Below the pieces are notes generated by a model. That model saw only the letters and a list, made by a program, of their open reading frames with translations. It was not told where the DNA came from and ran no database searches. The position numbers and the translations under genes are program-made. Shown piece by piece: positions 1 through 8,959 of a stretch of DNA of 23,398 nucleotides. The stretch's first letter is position 1, and each line of letters starts with the position of its first letter. Source of the stretch: Candidatus Muiribacteriota bacterium (GTDB taxonomy: Bacteria > Muiribacteriota > Muiribacteriia > Muiribacteriales > Muiribacteriaceae); the NCBI GenBank assembly GCA_051747805.1, contig JBNJGP010000043.1:1-23398 (forward strand), in the 5' to 3' direction.

Positions 1-63
1 TAGTCAACTTTACTGTTTTATAATTGTCTACAGGTTAAAATTTCTATTTTTTGCTAAACTCAA
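1..63. repeat. Right arm of a palindromic MITE/REP-like element, truncated by the window start
   Basis: 25-63 (tgtctacaggttaaaatttctattttttgctaaactcaa) is the exact 39-bp reverse complement of 23237-23275; looser similarity continues to position 1. Confidence 0.85.
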
Positions 64-216
64 GTTTATAATTTTTTTGCATTTTATAAAAATATCTCGA
101 AAAGCTTAACAGGATTTAAAAACTCAGTTTTTTTATTAAAAAAAAGGTAAATTTTGTCAATGTCGAGAACCGACACCCTGGGTATTGATAATTATTTCAC
201 CGGGCAAATGAAATAT

Positions 217-249
217 AAAAAAAAGATGCCGGGGGATCAAGCCCGGCAT
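217..249 (-). terminator. Intrinsic terminator of the ECF operon
   Basis: Perfect 8-bp stem atgccggg (226-233)/cccggcat (242-249), followed on minus by a T8 tract (217-224), about 40 nt after the stop at 290. Confidence 0.85.
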
Positions 250-289
250 TATTAAATATTTTCTTTTAAAGCTATTACTGTTTTTAAAG

Positions 290-1375
290 TTATTGCAGTA
301 AATTTATTAATTGTGAGTGTTTTTCATTTATTTCTTTTTCTTTTGTAAATATTCTTTTTAATCTTGGTGTAGATATTGAAATAATTGGATTAGAACTTTC
401 ATAATATTTATATCCCACTTCATCATCAAAATGTTCTCCTCTATCTTTTTCAATATAATCATTCATTTGATTATAAAAATTTATCATTTTATCTTTAGTG
501 TTATTAAATATACCCATGGTGAAAATATCTAACATTTTCATATTAACTGGATATTTTTCATATAGATAATCAATTGTTTTAATCACTACAATTTTTTCGC
601 CCATTACTGCTTCATTAATTTCTGCAAAGAATTCTTCTAAAAAATTCATTTGTTTTAATAATTTGTTTTTTGTTGATTCGGGTAATTTAATTTCTGTCTG
701 CATGTTTTCAGGAAAATCTGTAAAATCTGAATTTATTAACTGTTTCACGGTTTCATTTATTATTTCATGCATTGCTGTTGCAATCATATATTCAATAAGT
801 AGTGGTTTTTCATAAGAGCCTCTACTGAACATTAAAGTTATTGAAACCATTTTTTCAATTACTTGTGTAGTTTTTTCAAATTCACTGTTTAATGCAAGGT
901 ATTTAGCATATAATGCCATATCTTTTGTAAATCTTCTACCATAAGCAAATTTTGGCATTTCGGTAAAAATCGCTTCTTTATTTTCAAGATACGGTTTAAT
1001 TTCTTTAAGCATTGGTATGGCATCTAATTGTTTTTTAACTGCTTTAATATTTTCAGGATTATTATAATATTCAACAATTTCTGGTCTTTCGTAATAACTT
1101 AAATGCATAGAATTGTATAATCTTTCAGAGCTGCCAAAATTCTGTCCATACTGATAATTTAAATTGATTAACTCAATTTTTGCGTCCTGTGCTTCTCTTT
1201 CAAAGAATTTTTCAGTTTCGCTTAGAAGTTCTTCATTAGATTCAAAATCCATAAAATTAATTGTTCGGAATATTAAATAAGCAAATCCGATTAGTAAAAT
1301 CATAATTACTGTAAAAACTTTTAAAAATATTTTAAAATATCCTTTAACCCAGGTGTTTTTAATTAAATTTTTCAT
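290..1375 (-). CDS. Hypothetical membrane-anchored, probably extracytoplasmic helical protein (361 aa)
   Basis: Long ORF, strong SD AGGAGGAG, single N-terminal hydrophobic segment (VFTVIMILLIGFAYLIF); no family motif recognised. Confidence 0.8.
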   Translation of the reverse strand: MKNLIKNTWVKGYFKIFLKVFTVIMILLIGFAYLIFRTINFMDFESNEELLSETEKFFEREAQDAKIELINLNYQYGQNFGSSERLYNSMHLSYYERPEIVEYYNNPENIKAVKKQLDAIPMLKEIKPYLENKEAIFTEMPKFAYGRRFTKDMALYAKYLALNSEFEKTTQVIEKMVSITLMFSRGSYEKPLLIEYMIATAMHEIINETVKQLINSDFTDFPENMQTEIKLPESTKNKLLKQMNFLEEFFAEINEAVMGEKIVVIKTIDYLYEKYPVNMKMLDIFTMGIFNNTKDKMINFYNQMNDYIEKDRGEHFDDEVGYKYYESSNPIISISTPRLKRIFTKEKEINEKHSQLINLLQ

Positions 1376-1391
1376 AACTCCTCCTATTTTA

Positions 1392-1748
1392 CTAATTTTT
1401 TAATATTTTAAAGCTGAATATGCCTGCTGATAAAAGTATTGAAAGAAAAACAGCAGTTTTTAAAACAAATGTAAAAAGATTAATACTGGTGGTAGTTGCT
1501 TCAGTACTGATTCCTATCATTGTAACTTCCAGGTTGAAAAATCCTGAGGTTATACTTAAAATTAACAAAATCACAAGTGCAATAAAAAGCATTTTAAAAA
1601 AGTTATCTTCGATTACAAGCTGTTCTTTTCTAAGTTTGATATTCTCTTTAAGTTTTTTACTGATAAATGATTTGTTATGAATTTCTGGTTTAGAGTTTTT
1701 CAAATTATTAAAAAATTCTTTTGCTTCATGCTTATTTTGTTCTGTCAT
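1392..1748 (-). CDS. Small two-TM membrane protein, putative anti-sigma factor
   Basis: Overlaps the 3' end of the ECF sigma gene, SD GGAGGTGA, about 50-aa soluble N-terminus then two hydrophobic helices; the anti-sigma role is inferred from position. Confidence 0.7.
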   Translation of the reverse strand: MTEQNKHEAKEFFNNLKNSKPEIHNKSFISKKLKENIKLRKEQLVIEDNFFKMLFIALVILLILSITSGFFNLEVTMIGISTEATTTSINLFTFVLKTAVFLSILLSAGIFSFKILKN

Positions 1749-2223
1749 TTATCATCACCTCCTTCAAGGCTGATTTAGCACGATTAAGCCGGCTCATAAC
1801 TGTGCCTGTTTTTACTTTTTCACATTCAGATATTTCATCATAGCTCATGTTTTCATAATATCTTAAATGTAATATGTTTCTATCGTTGTTTTTCAGCATT
1901 TTTAATGAACTGAGTAATTTCATGTATTTTTTTTCTTTGTTTTCATCATAAAAATAAACATCTTCATACTTAATCGAAGATAAAAATATTTTAATTTTTT
2001 TCAGTAATCTGAATTTATCCATTGTTAAATTTCTGGCTATTCTAAAAATATAAGCTTTTAAATTTTTAATATTAGTTAAATCTTTTTCAGAGGTGAAAAT
2101 TTTAATAAATGTTTCCTGTGAAATATCTTTTGCGTCTTCTGGATTACAGGTGATTGATAACACATAAAAATATATTTTATCGAAATACTTTTCGTAAATT
2201 TTATCAAATTCTTTTTCATTCAT
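1732..2223 (-). CDS. ECF-family RNA polymerase sigma factor
   Basis: Region 2 (DAKDISQETFIKI...YIFRIARNLTMDKFR) and region 4 (LRYYENMSYDEIS...GTVMSRLNRAK) signatures; 163 aa; SD GAGGTGA. Confidence 0.95.
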   Translation of the reverse strand: MNEKEFDKIYEKYFDKIYFYVLSITCNPEDAKDISQETFIKIFTSEKDLTNIKNLKAYIFRIARNLTMDKFRLLKKIKIFLSSIKYEDVYFYDENKEKKYMKLLSSLKMLKNNDRNILHLRYYENMSYDEISECEKVKTGTVMSRLNRAKSALKEVMINDRTK

Positions 2224-2315
2224 ATAATCACCTCATTAATTATTGATGAAATAATACCTAATTGTTAAATATATTGAAAGTTAAAAAATGTTTTTTTTTG
2301 GGGCTTTTATAACTA

Positions 2316-2341
2316 AGACGAAAAAATTATGATTTTATTCC
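2316..2341 (-). promoter_or_regulatory. Putative autoregulatory ECF promoter GGAAT-N16-CGTCT
   Basis: Minus strand reads GGAAT aaaatcataatttttt CGTCT about 95 nt upstream of the sigma start; resembles the common ECF GGAAC/CGTC pattern. Confidence 0.6.
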
Positions 2342-2364
2342 ATTTTTTTTATTTTTTAATTTTA

Positions 2365-2531
2365 AACCTAAGTTTAATTTCAGCAATTCTCAATGAAAAT
2401 AGAGAAAACCCTTGATTTGATGGGGTCAGCGCCGACAGCACTTTGCGAAAAAGCAAAGTGTGTAGGCCTGACCACTAAAGGATTTTCGGCTAAATTGAGA
2501 ATTGGTGGTTTAATTTTGATTATATAAGGTT
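2365..2531. repeat. Long imperfect palindrome (MITE/REP-like element or structured ncRNA)
   Basis: Nested pairs caattctcaat 2384-2394/attgagaattg 2494-2504, gaaaaccctt/aaggattttc, ggtcag 2424-2429/ctgacc 2468-2473, cactttgc 2439-2446/gcaaagtg 2453-2460; outer aacct/aggtt; core more GC-rich than flanks. Confidence 0.7.
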
Positions 2532-2580
2532 AAAATAAGGATATTATGGAGTTATGTTCGTTTAATTTGATAAAATCTTT

Positions 2581-3837
2581 TCACTGAAACATCCATTTAT
2601 AAACTTCTTTGATTTTTGGTCTTTTACCATACATTAATATACCAACTCTATATATTTTAGAAGCTAGATATATTATTAAAAATATAAACAGAATATTTAC
2701 TATAACTGCTGTTAATACTTCATATATTGAAACCGAGCTAACAGTTACTCTTACAAACATAAGCATTGGAGTAAAAAATGGAATATGTGAGAGTATATGA
2801 ACCATGCTGTGTCCAGGATTATTCATTCCAAGAAAGCTCATTATAAACGGAAGAACTATTAACATTGTTACCGGCTGTGCCATTTGTTTTGCATCATCCT
2901 GATTTGAGCTTAAAGCTCCAGCAACTAGAAACATTGTTGAATATTGAAAATATCCAATTAGAAAAAATACTATAAAGTAAATTAAGAGGTCCGGAGAAAT
3001 TGTTATCATAACTGGCAAATCCGGGAATTGATTTTTTATAAAAAAGTAAATGATTCCGCCAAATGCTCCCCATATAGTAAACTGAAATAAACCAACACTT
3101 CCAGCTCCAAATAGTTTTCCCAGCATCATGTCGAATGTATTACACGACGACAGGAGTACTTCAACAATTCTTGAGCTTTTTTCTTCAACTACTCCCTGTA
3201 ATATTGATGAGCTGTATAAGATAGTAGTAATATAGAGTATAAAAACAAATATATAGGCTGTCATAAAATCCTGTGCCATTGATTTTGTTTTTACTTCACC
3301 TCTCTGAGCCCTTAATGTTTCCAGGCCTACTGGTCTTGTTAATTTTTCTATTAAAGCAGATTCTACTCCTGCCTTAGTCATTCGTAATGAATTTACTGCG
3401 TTAGATATTCTTGTTCTTACAGATTCTATAAACTCTATATCCCCGAGTGAGCTTGAAATATATGTTATCTGGCCACCATCAACAACTGAGTCTGGTATTT
3501 TTACTATTGCTTTTATTTGGTTGTTTTCAACCTGTTTCATTAAATGTTGGCGGGTTTCTGCAAATTCTTCTGTTTTTATGAACTTTAACTGGAATTTTTT
3601 TTCACCTGTTGATATTTCATCCTGAAAGTTTAAAGATATTTCTTCATTCAAGTTCAGGGTTTCTTTTACTATTACTATTTCTTTTATTTCCTCACCTGAA
3701 AGTTGCATGAAAAACATAGGCGCTCCCATTAAAAAAGCCATTAAAAATGGACCTATTAAGGTGGCGAATATAAAATATTTTGAACGTATTTTGGTCATGA
3801 ATTCTCTTTTTATGAGTATCGGGGCTTTAAATCTCAT
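2581..3837 (-). CDS. ABC-2 type transporter permease (NatB/YhaP-like)
   Basis: N-terminal LIKREF + TM, large extracellular loop, further TMs, VVEEKSSRIVEVLLS motif, C-terminal YRVGILMYG; start moved from 3876 to ATG 3837, which has SD GAAGGGG and overlaps the ATPase stop. Confidence 0.92.
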   Translation of the reverse strand: MRFKAPILIKREFMTKIRSKYFIFATLIGPFLMAFLMGAPMFFMQLSGEEIKEIVIVKETLNLNEEISLNFQDEISTGEKKFQLKFIKTEEFAETRQHLMKQVENNQIKAIVKIPDSVVDGGQITYISSSLGDIEFIESVRTRISNAVNSLRMTKAGVESALIEKLTRPVGLETLRAQRGEVKTKSMAQDFMTAYIFVFILYITTILYSSSILQGVVEEKSSRIVEVLLSSCNTFDMMLGKLFGAGSVGLFQFTIWGAFGGIIYFFIKNQFPDLPVMITISPDLLIYFIVFFLIGYFQYSTMFLVAGALSSNQDDAKQMAQPVTMLIVLPFIMSFLGMNNPGHSMVHILSHIPFFTPMLMFVRVTVSSVSIYEVLTAVIVNILFIFLIIYLASKIYRVGILMYGKRPKIKEVYKWMFQ

Positions 3838-4738
3838 TTTCTTCCCCTTCAACAACCTGTATGAATACATCGTCAAGTGATGTTTCTGTTGCCTCGTATT
3901 TTGTTATTTCTATATCTAATTTTGCTATTTCTCTGAAAAAAGTTTTTTTATCCATATTTTTATTTAAGTTTATTTCCATATGTTTTCCAAAATCATTGTA
4001 AAATTTTATTCCCGGCAGCTTTTTAATAATTTCTCCATCACCTGAATATTTTAAAATTATAGAGTTTTTTCCATGTTGTTCTTTTATTTTATTTAAATTT
4101 CCGTTTAAAATTGAATGTCCTTTGTTAATCAGGCAAATGTTTTCACATAGTTTTTCTGCATTTTCCATTAAATGAGTGGATAATATAATAGCCTTGTTTT
4201 TGTTTTTCAACTCTAAAAGAGTATTTTTTAAAAATCTTGAGTTTACTGGGTCTAATCCAGAAAATGGTTCATCCATTATTATTAGTTCGGGGTTATGGAT
4301 TATTGTCCCAATAAACTGAATTTTCTGGGCCATTCCTTTTGAAAGCTCGTTACAGAGTTTATCTCCCCAGGTTGAAAGCTGGAGTTTTTCAAGCCATTCT
4401 CTTCCAGCCTGTTTTGCCTCACCAGCAGGCATTCCTTTTAATTCCCCAAAAAATTTAAGCTGATTTATAACTTTCATTTTGGGGTAAAGTCCACGTTCTT
4501 CAGGTAGATATCCTATTTTATTTTTGAATTTTTCATGGAATTTTTCACCAAAAAGTTTTATCTGTCCTGAATCAGGTGTGATAATATTCATTATCATACG
4601 CATTGTTGAGGATTTTCCCGCCCCGTTTGGGCCAAGCAGGCCAAATATTTCACCTGGTGATACTTTAAAGCTAACCTCGTCAACGGCCTTGAATTTATCA
4701 TACCATTTACTTACTTTATCTATTTCAAGCACTGCCAT
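3827..4738 (-). CDS. ABC transporter ATP-binding protein (NatA/YhaQ-like)
   Basis: Walker A GPNGAGKS, GYLPEERGLY, signature LSKGMAQK, Walker B/D-loop IIMDEPFSGLD, H-loop STH. Confidence 0.96.
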   Translation of the reverse strand: MAVLEIDKVSKWYDKFKAVDEVSFKVSPGEIFGLLGPNGAGKSSTMRMIMNIITPDSGQIKLFGEKFHEKFKNKIGYLPEERGLYPKMKVINQLKFFGELKGMPAGEAKQAGREWLEKLQLSTWGDKLCNELSKGMAQKIQFIGTIIHNPELIIMDEPFSGLDPVNSRFLKNTLLELKNKNKAIILSTHLMENAEKLCENICLINKGHSILNGNLNKIKEQHGKNSIILKYSGDGEIIKKLPGIKFYNDFGKHMEINLNKNMDKKTFFREIAKLDIEITKYEATETSLDDVFIQVVEGEENEI

Positions 4739-4766
4739 TTATTTCTCCAGAAAGATTAATGAATTT

Positions 4767-4800
4767 AATGAATTTTAATTCATTCATGTCCTGCCGTCAA
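4767..4800 (-). promoter_or_regulatory. sigma70-type promoter TTGACG-N17-TAAAAT with overlapping palindromic operator
   Basis: -35 at 4795-4800, -10 at 4772-4777; perfect inverted repeat aatgaatt-tt-aattcatt at 4767-4784. Confidence 0.6.
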
Positions 4801-4832
4801 GTGCTATTTTAATAAAATAAAAATACGGTTGA

Positions 4833-6701
4833 TTAGAATCCCTCTTCATACTTTATTAAAGGTTCTGGAACAAACCAGTCACGGCTGGAGGTAAGGAAAT
4901 TACCATCAATTTCAACCCCGTGAAATCTGGTATCTATAACAAAAATATTATCTTCTGCAGAAAGGAAAGCATATCCATATTCAGAGGCTATTATTTCATG
5001 AACTTCCCATGCCATTGGTTTTGCTTTTTCAATTTCCGGGGTAAATCTTATTTTTTCAATAAGTTCATCTACTCTTGGATTGCTGTAGTGAATTGAGTTA
5101 AGACCATAAGGGTTTTCTTCGTTTGGAATACTGTTTGAATGCCATACATTGTATATATCAGGTGTTACGGGTAGATTCCAGCCAAGCATAGCCGCATCAA
5201 ATGTACCTGTATCAAGTGCGTTTTCAAGAACTGACCACTCTACATGTTCAACATCAGTTCTTACACCAATTTGATTCCAGTAATCTTGAATATAACGAGA
5301 CATATGAACTCTCTCATTATTATCTGCATTTGTTATTAACGTTAAGCTAAGCTCATCGCCGTCAAGCTCAAAATATCCCTCGCTGTTTCTTTCATACCCT
5401 TCTTCTTTAAGAAGTTCCACAGCTCTTTCCGGATCATAGGGCACTGGCTCTACATTAGGATTATATGCCCATGAATCGCGCCTGTATGGACCTGTTACCC
5501 TTTCTGCGTCACCATAAAACACACCCTCATTAAGCTCTTCTAAGTTTAAGGCAAGAGTCAGTGCTTTTCTGACTTTAAGATTATCAAAGTGTTTTTTGCT
5601 CATATTATAACCTATATAGTTATAACCGCTTACTCTGGGCAGTTTAAATATATTAAACCTTTCCTGAAACTCTTTGTCATCTGCATAATTTTTATACTGA
5701 TCAAAGGAAAAACTCATTGAATCAATATCACCATTTATAAGGGCAAGAAATTGTTGTGAACGGTCAGGTATAAATCTGTAAACTTTTTTATTTATATATG
5801 GTCTGCCTTTAAAATAGTCATCATTTACATTCAGTATTATATATTCACCAGTATTCCAGTCTTCTATTTCATATGGACCTGTTCCCACCGGAGTTCTGTT
5901 GAAATGAGCCTCACGCATGTCGGGATGATCTTCAAGTAAATGTCTTGGTAATATATAACGATTCCACTGTCTCATTATTTCTAGCATTGGCTGATAAAAA
6001 ACCCCTCTAACTTTATAACGTCCTTCTGCCTCTACCTTTTTCAAAGAATAATATGAGGCTATATAGGGATTTTTATTTTCCGGGTTCATATAATAATCAA
6101 ATGTAAAAATAACGTCACCAGAGGTAAATGTCCGGCCATCATGCCAGTTAACATCATTTCTTAAATCAAGCACAACTTCATATCTGTTACCTGCAAATAC
6201 AACTGCCTCATGAAAATCCATCCATTTTTGGGCTTCATCATCATCGACTGGTTCTTCGTATATAACTTCGATAATCTCTGTTCCGTCATCACGCCAGTGA
6301 AGATGTCTTTTAATATCTTCAACTGATGCAAAATTATCCTCATTATTATAATATTTTTCAATTATTTGGGCTGCTTTTGTTTCATTATTTGATTTTAAAT
6401 GAATAAACAAGACGTTTTCAACATTGATAATTTCCCAGCTTTCAGCAAGAGAGGGTACAAGTTCTCCTTTTTCTCTTGTAACAAGGCTGTCAAAAATATC
6501 AGACTGTACACTGCTTGACCTGGAGTCAGTTGAAAAAAAAGGATTTAAAGTTACAGGTTCACCTTCAAGAGCCTGTACCAGAATGTCACCATAATTCGGC
6601 TCTAAATCATCATCTGTGAGTTCAGTACGTGGTTCTGGGTCACCACATCCTGCAATAAACATAGCTATAACAAGGACAAAAATAATGGATATTTTATACA
6701 T
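4833..6701 (-). CDS. Peptide/nickel ABC transporter substrate-binding lipoprotein (family 5, OppA/AppA-like)
   Basis: Lipobox IAGC, PVTLNP, PSLAESWE, LRNDVNWHDGRTFTSGDV, PVGTGPY, VRKAL, YDPERA, YSNPRVD motifs; start moved to ATG 6701, which gives a normal signal peptide. Confidence 0.92.
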   Translation of the reverse strand: MYKISIIFVLVIAMFIAGCGDPEPRTELTDDDLEPNYGDILVQALEGEPVTLNPFFSTDSRSSSVQSDIFDSLVTREKGELVPSLAESWEIINVENVLFIHLKSNNETKAAQIIEKYYNNEDNFASVEDIKRHLHWRDDGTEIIEVIYEEPVDDDEAQKWMDFHEAVVFAGNRYEVVLDLRNDVNWHDGRTFTSGDVIFTFDYYMNPENKNPYIASYYSLKKVEAEGRYKVRGVFYQPMLEIMRQWNRYILPRHLLEDHPDMREAHFNRTPVGTGPYEIEDWNTGEYIILNVNDDYFKGRPYINKKVYRFIPDRSQQFLALINGDIDSMSFSFDQYKNYADDKEFQERFNIFKLPRVSGYNYIGYNMSKKHFDNLKVRKALTLALNLEELNEGVFYGDAERVTGPYRRDSWAYNPNVEPVPYDPERAVELLKEEGYERNSEGYFELDGDELSLTLITNADNNERVHMSRYIQDYWNQIGVRTDVEHVEWSVLENALDTGTFDAAMLGWNLPVTPDIYNVWHSNSIPNEENPYGLNSIHYSNPRVDELIEKIRFTPEIEKAKPMAWEVHEIIASEYGYAFLSAEDNIFVIDTRFHGVEIDGNFLTSSRDWFVPEPLIKYEEGF

Positions 6702-6708
6702 GAAATTT

Positions 6709-6737
6709 AATATAACATATAAAAAATTATAATTCAA
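6709..6737 (-). promoter_or_regulatory. sigma70 promoter TTGAAT-N17-TATATT (extended TG), probably leaderless
   Basis: -35 6732-6737, -10 6709-6714, 7 nt to ATG 6701, no SD. Confidence 0.55.
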
Positions 6738-6796
6738 CTGATAAAAAAAATATCTATATTTAAAATTTTTGCCTGTATTAAATAAAGCCCGTAATT

Positions 6797-8956
6797 TTAT
6801 ATATCTAAAAAAACGGAGGCAGCCTCATCAAGAATTTTTATATATTTTTTAATATTTATACCTGTTGGATTTTTTATATAAAGTTCCTGCGGGAAAGCAC
6901 GGCAAAGCTCTGTATCAGTATAAATTAAATTTAATTTTTCACCAGGATATACTTTTATACCGTCATTTAAAAGAATTTTTGCCGCATCTGATATATCTGT
7001 TCTTTTTTTATAATCAAAGGGATTTTTACCCATGACTTTTTTTACCGCAAGTTCATCTGCAGAAAATTTTCCATCTATTAAATTATTTTTCATTTCATTT
7101 TTTAAGTTTAAAATAAGCCTTTTTTTCTTTTTAAATTCACTTCTGGTTTTAACTTCAGAAAGAATTTGCAGCACTTTTTTTTGAAAATCTTTAATAAATT
7201 CCGGGCTGTCGCGGCGCCTCAGCTGTATTCCCCTGAGTTTAAAGCAATTATTTTCAAAAATCCCAAAATATTTATTTGCAACGCCGATTTTTTCTTTTTT
7301 AGAGGGCAAAAAAACTATCCATTTATAAAGCCCCTCTGGGAGTATCTGATATTCGCTGTTTTCTTTAAATACCGACGGGAATTTTTTATTTATGTGTTTA
7401 TTTATTTTTAAACTTAATTTTTTATAATCCTCATAACAGGCGTCTTTTTTTTGAACCCATATTGCATCAGTTAATCCATGAAGCATTCTAAAATTATTTT
7501 TTTCTGCAATATCTTTTGCCTCGAGTAGAAGTTCACGGCCCATAGCTGTAGTTGCCTCATGACATTCAATTCGACCAAAGCGTGCATTTTTATAGCCTAA
7601 ATAACCAAAACTTACAACCAGCAGCCATTTTAGGGCAATCTGTCTTTTATTATAATACTCTTTTTCGCAGGTTTCTGCCTTTTTCATATTATCTTTAAGA
7701 ATTTTTCTTCTTTTAAGAATAAACTCAAGCGCCTGCGGAATAATACCCTTTATTTTCTGGCATACTCTGTAAGAAGTGCCCTGAATTTTTTTTCTGCATT
7801 CTTTATGTCCACAGTTTAAGGTTTCATATGACAGATTACAATTAACCATTATTGATGGGTACATTGAAAAAAAATCAAGCTCAGCAACATTTTCAAAAAA
7901 ACCTACTCTGGGTCTGTAGGATAACCCGCCTTTATCTGAATTTATAAGCTGAAGCGCATTTTTATAATCCTCGGGAAGATTTTTTCTGAAAGGGATAAGA
8001 ATTCCCTGCTCAAAAGCTTTTCTTGTTTCAATCGCTGTAATTACTGTACCAGGAGAGGTTCTAGAAAGTTTCTGAAGGGGCATTGAGGATATTCTGCTTA
8101 ACTCTATCATACCCTCTGCTCCGGTTTCTTTATAAAAAAATGAGTTCTGTCTATCTATATGAAGTCTGCCTTTTAAATAAACTGCTCCAGCCCTGAAAAC
8201 AGTTTTACCATAACTCTTAAAACTTTCGTTTTTAGAAAATGAGGGATTATTTTTAAAACGGTTTAAATTTTTAAATCCTAGTTTATAAAACTTTTTCATA
8301 AAAATCTGATCCCCAAAATCTGTAATAATAATATCTGGATCTTTGCTTAAAATAAAATCATCTATATATTCATATTCTTCTTTTTCAACAATGTATTCCC
8401 TGCCGTCCCCGCAGTTTAATGAAATCTGAGGAAAATATTTCTGTCTAAATGGGCTTCCACCCTCACTTAAAGGAATAATTTTAATTACTTTCATATCAGG
8501 AAGTGTATAATCCATACTTTCATGAAAATCATCAGAAATAATTCTATTATCTGGATTATTATCAAATTCACAAAAACCGAAAGGAAAAAGCTTATTTTCA
8601 AAAAGATAAATTTCAAGTGGAGTAAGCTCTATATTATAAAATTCAAATTTTTCACTTAATCCTGTTTTTATAATAAAATCTGTTATTTTAAGAAAAATTT
8701 CGGGATTTATACATTCTATTTTAATTACAGGGGTTTTTTTTCTGTATATGTTTTTTTCCATACTTTGTGAAAATAGAATAAATTTTTTGAATTTAATTTT
8801 TAAATTTTTAAGCAGCGTATTAATGTTTCCAGTATTTTTGACAAAAAATGAGGGGCTGAATTTTTTTGAAATTAAAACTCTTTTACGTTCAGAGTTAATA
8901 AACCAGAAATGAAGCCGGCCTTTACTCTGATAACAGTCAAACAAAAAACCTTTCAT
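6797..8956 (-). CDS. polB2: Divergent B-family DNA polymerase, PolB2-type
   Basis: DKGGL-x3-P, motif A LDFFSMYPSIM, motif B RQIALKWLLVVSFGYLGY, motif C HGLTDAIW, NKYFG, KLRGIQLRRRDSP; exonuclease motifs degenerate; gene context typical of PolB2. Confidence 0.88.
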   Translation of the reverse strand: MKGFLFDCYQSKGRLHFWFINSERKRVLISKKFSPSFFVKNTGNINTLLKNLKIKFKKFILFSQSMEKNIYRKKTPVIKIECINPEIFLKITDFIIKTGLSEKFEFYNIELTPLEIYLFENKLFPFGFCEFDNNPDNRIISDDFHESMDYTLPDMKVIKIIPLSEGGSPFRQKYFPQISLNCGDGREYIVEKEEYEYIDDFILSKDPDIIITDFGDQIFMKKFYKLGFKNLNRFKNNPSFSKNESFKSYGKTVFRAGAVYLKGRLHIDRQNSFFYKETGAEGMIELSRISSMPLQKLSRTSPGTVITAIETRKAFEQGILIPFRKNLPEDYKNALQLINSDKGGLSYRPRVGFFENVAELDFFSMYPSIMVNCNLSYETLNCGHKECRKKIQGTSYRVCQKIKGIIPQALEFILKRRKILKDNMKKAETCEKEYYNKRQIALKWLLVVSFGYLGYKNARFGRIECHEATTAMGRELLLEAKDIAEKNNFRMLHGLTDAIWVQKKDACYEDYKKLSLKINKHINKKFPSVFKENSEYQILPEGLYKWIVFLPSKKEKIGVANKYFGIFENNCFKLRGIQLRRRDSPEFIKDFQKKVLQILSEVKTRSEFKKKKRLILNLKNEMKNNLIDGKFSADELAVKKVMGKNPFDYKKRTDISDAAKILLNDGIKVYPGEKLNLIYTDTELCRAFPQELYIKNPTGINIKKYIKILDEAASVFLDI

Positions 8957-8959
8957 AAT

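Noticed and set aside
155..210. Small hairpins (tgtcg-agaac-cgaca) and a TTGACA downstream of the ECF terminator
   Set aside because: Short stems, weak -10, no riboswitch consensus recognised
2421..2475. GGTCAGG-containing hairpin as SRP (4.5S) RNA
   Set aside because: Lacks the GNRA-capped CCGGAAGG...GCAGC domain IV core on either strand
3838..3876. Extended permease N-terminus MTMYSYRLLKGKK
   Set aside because: Deep overlap with the ATPase gene; ATG 3837 has a good SD and gives the typical family N-terminus
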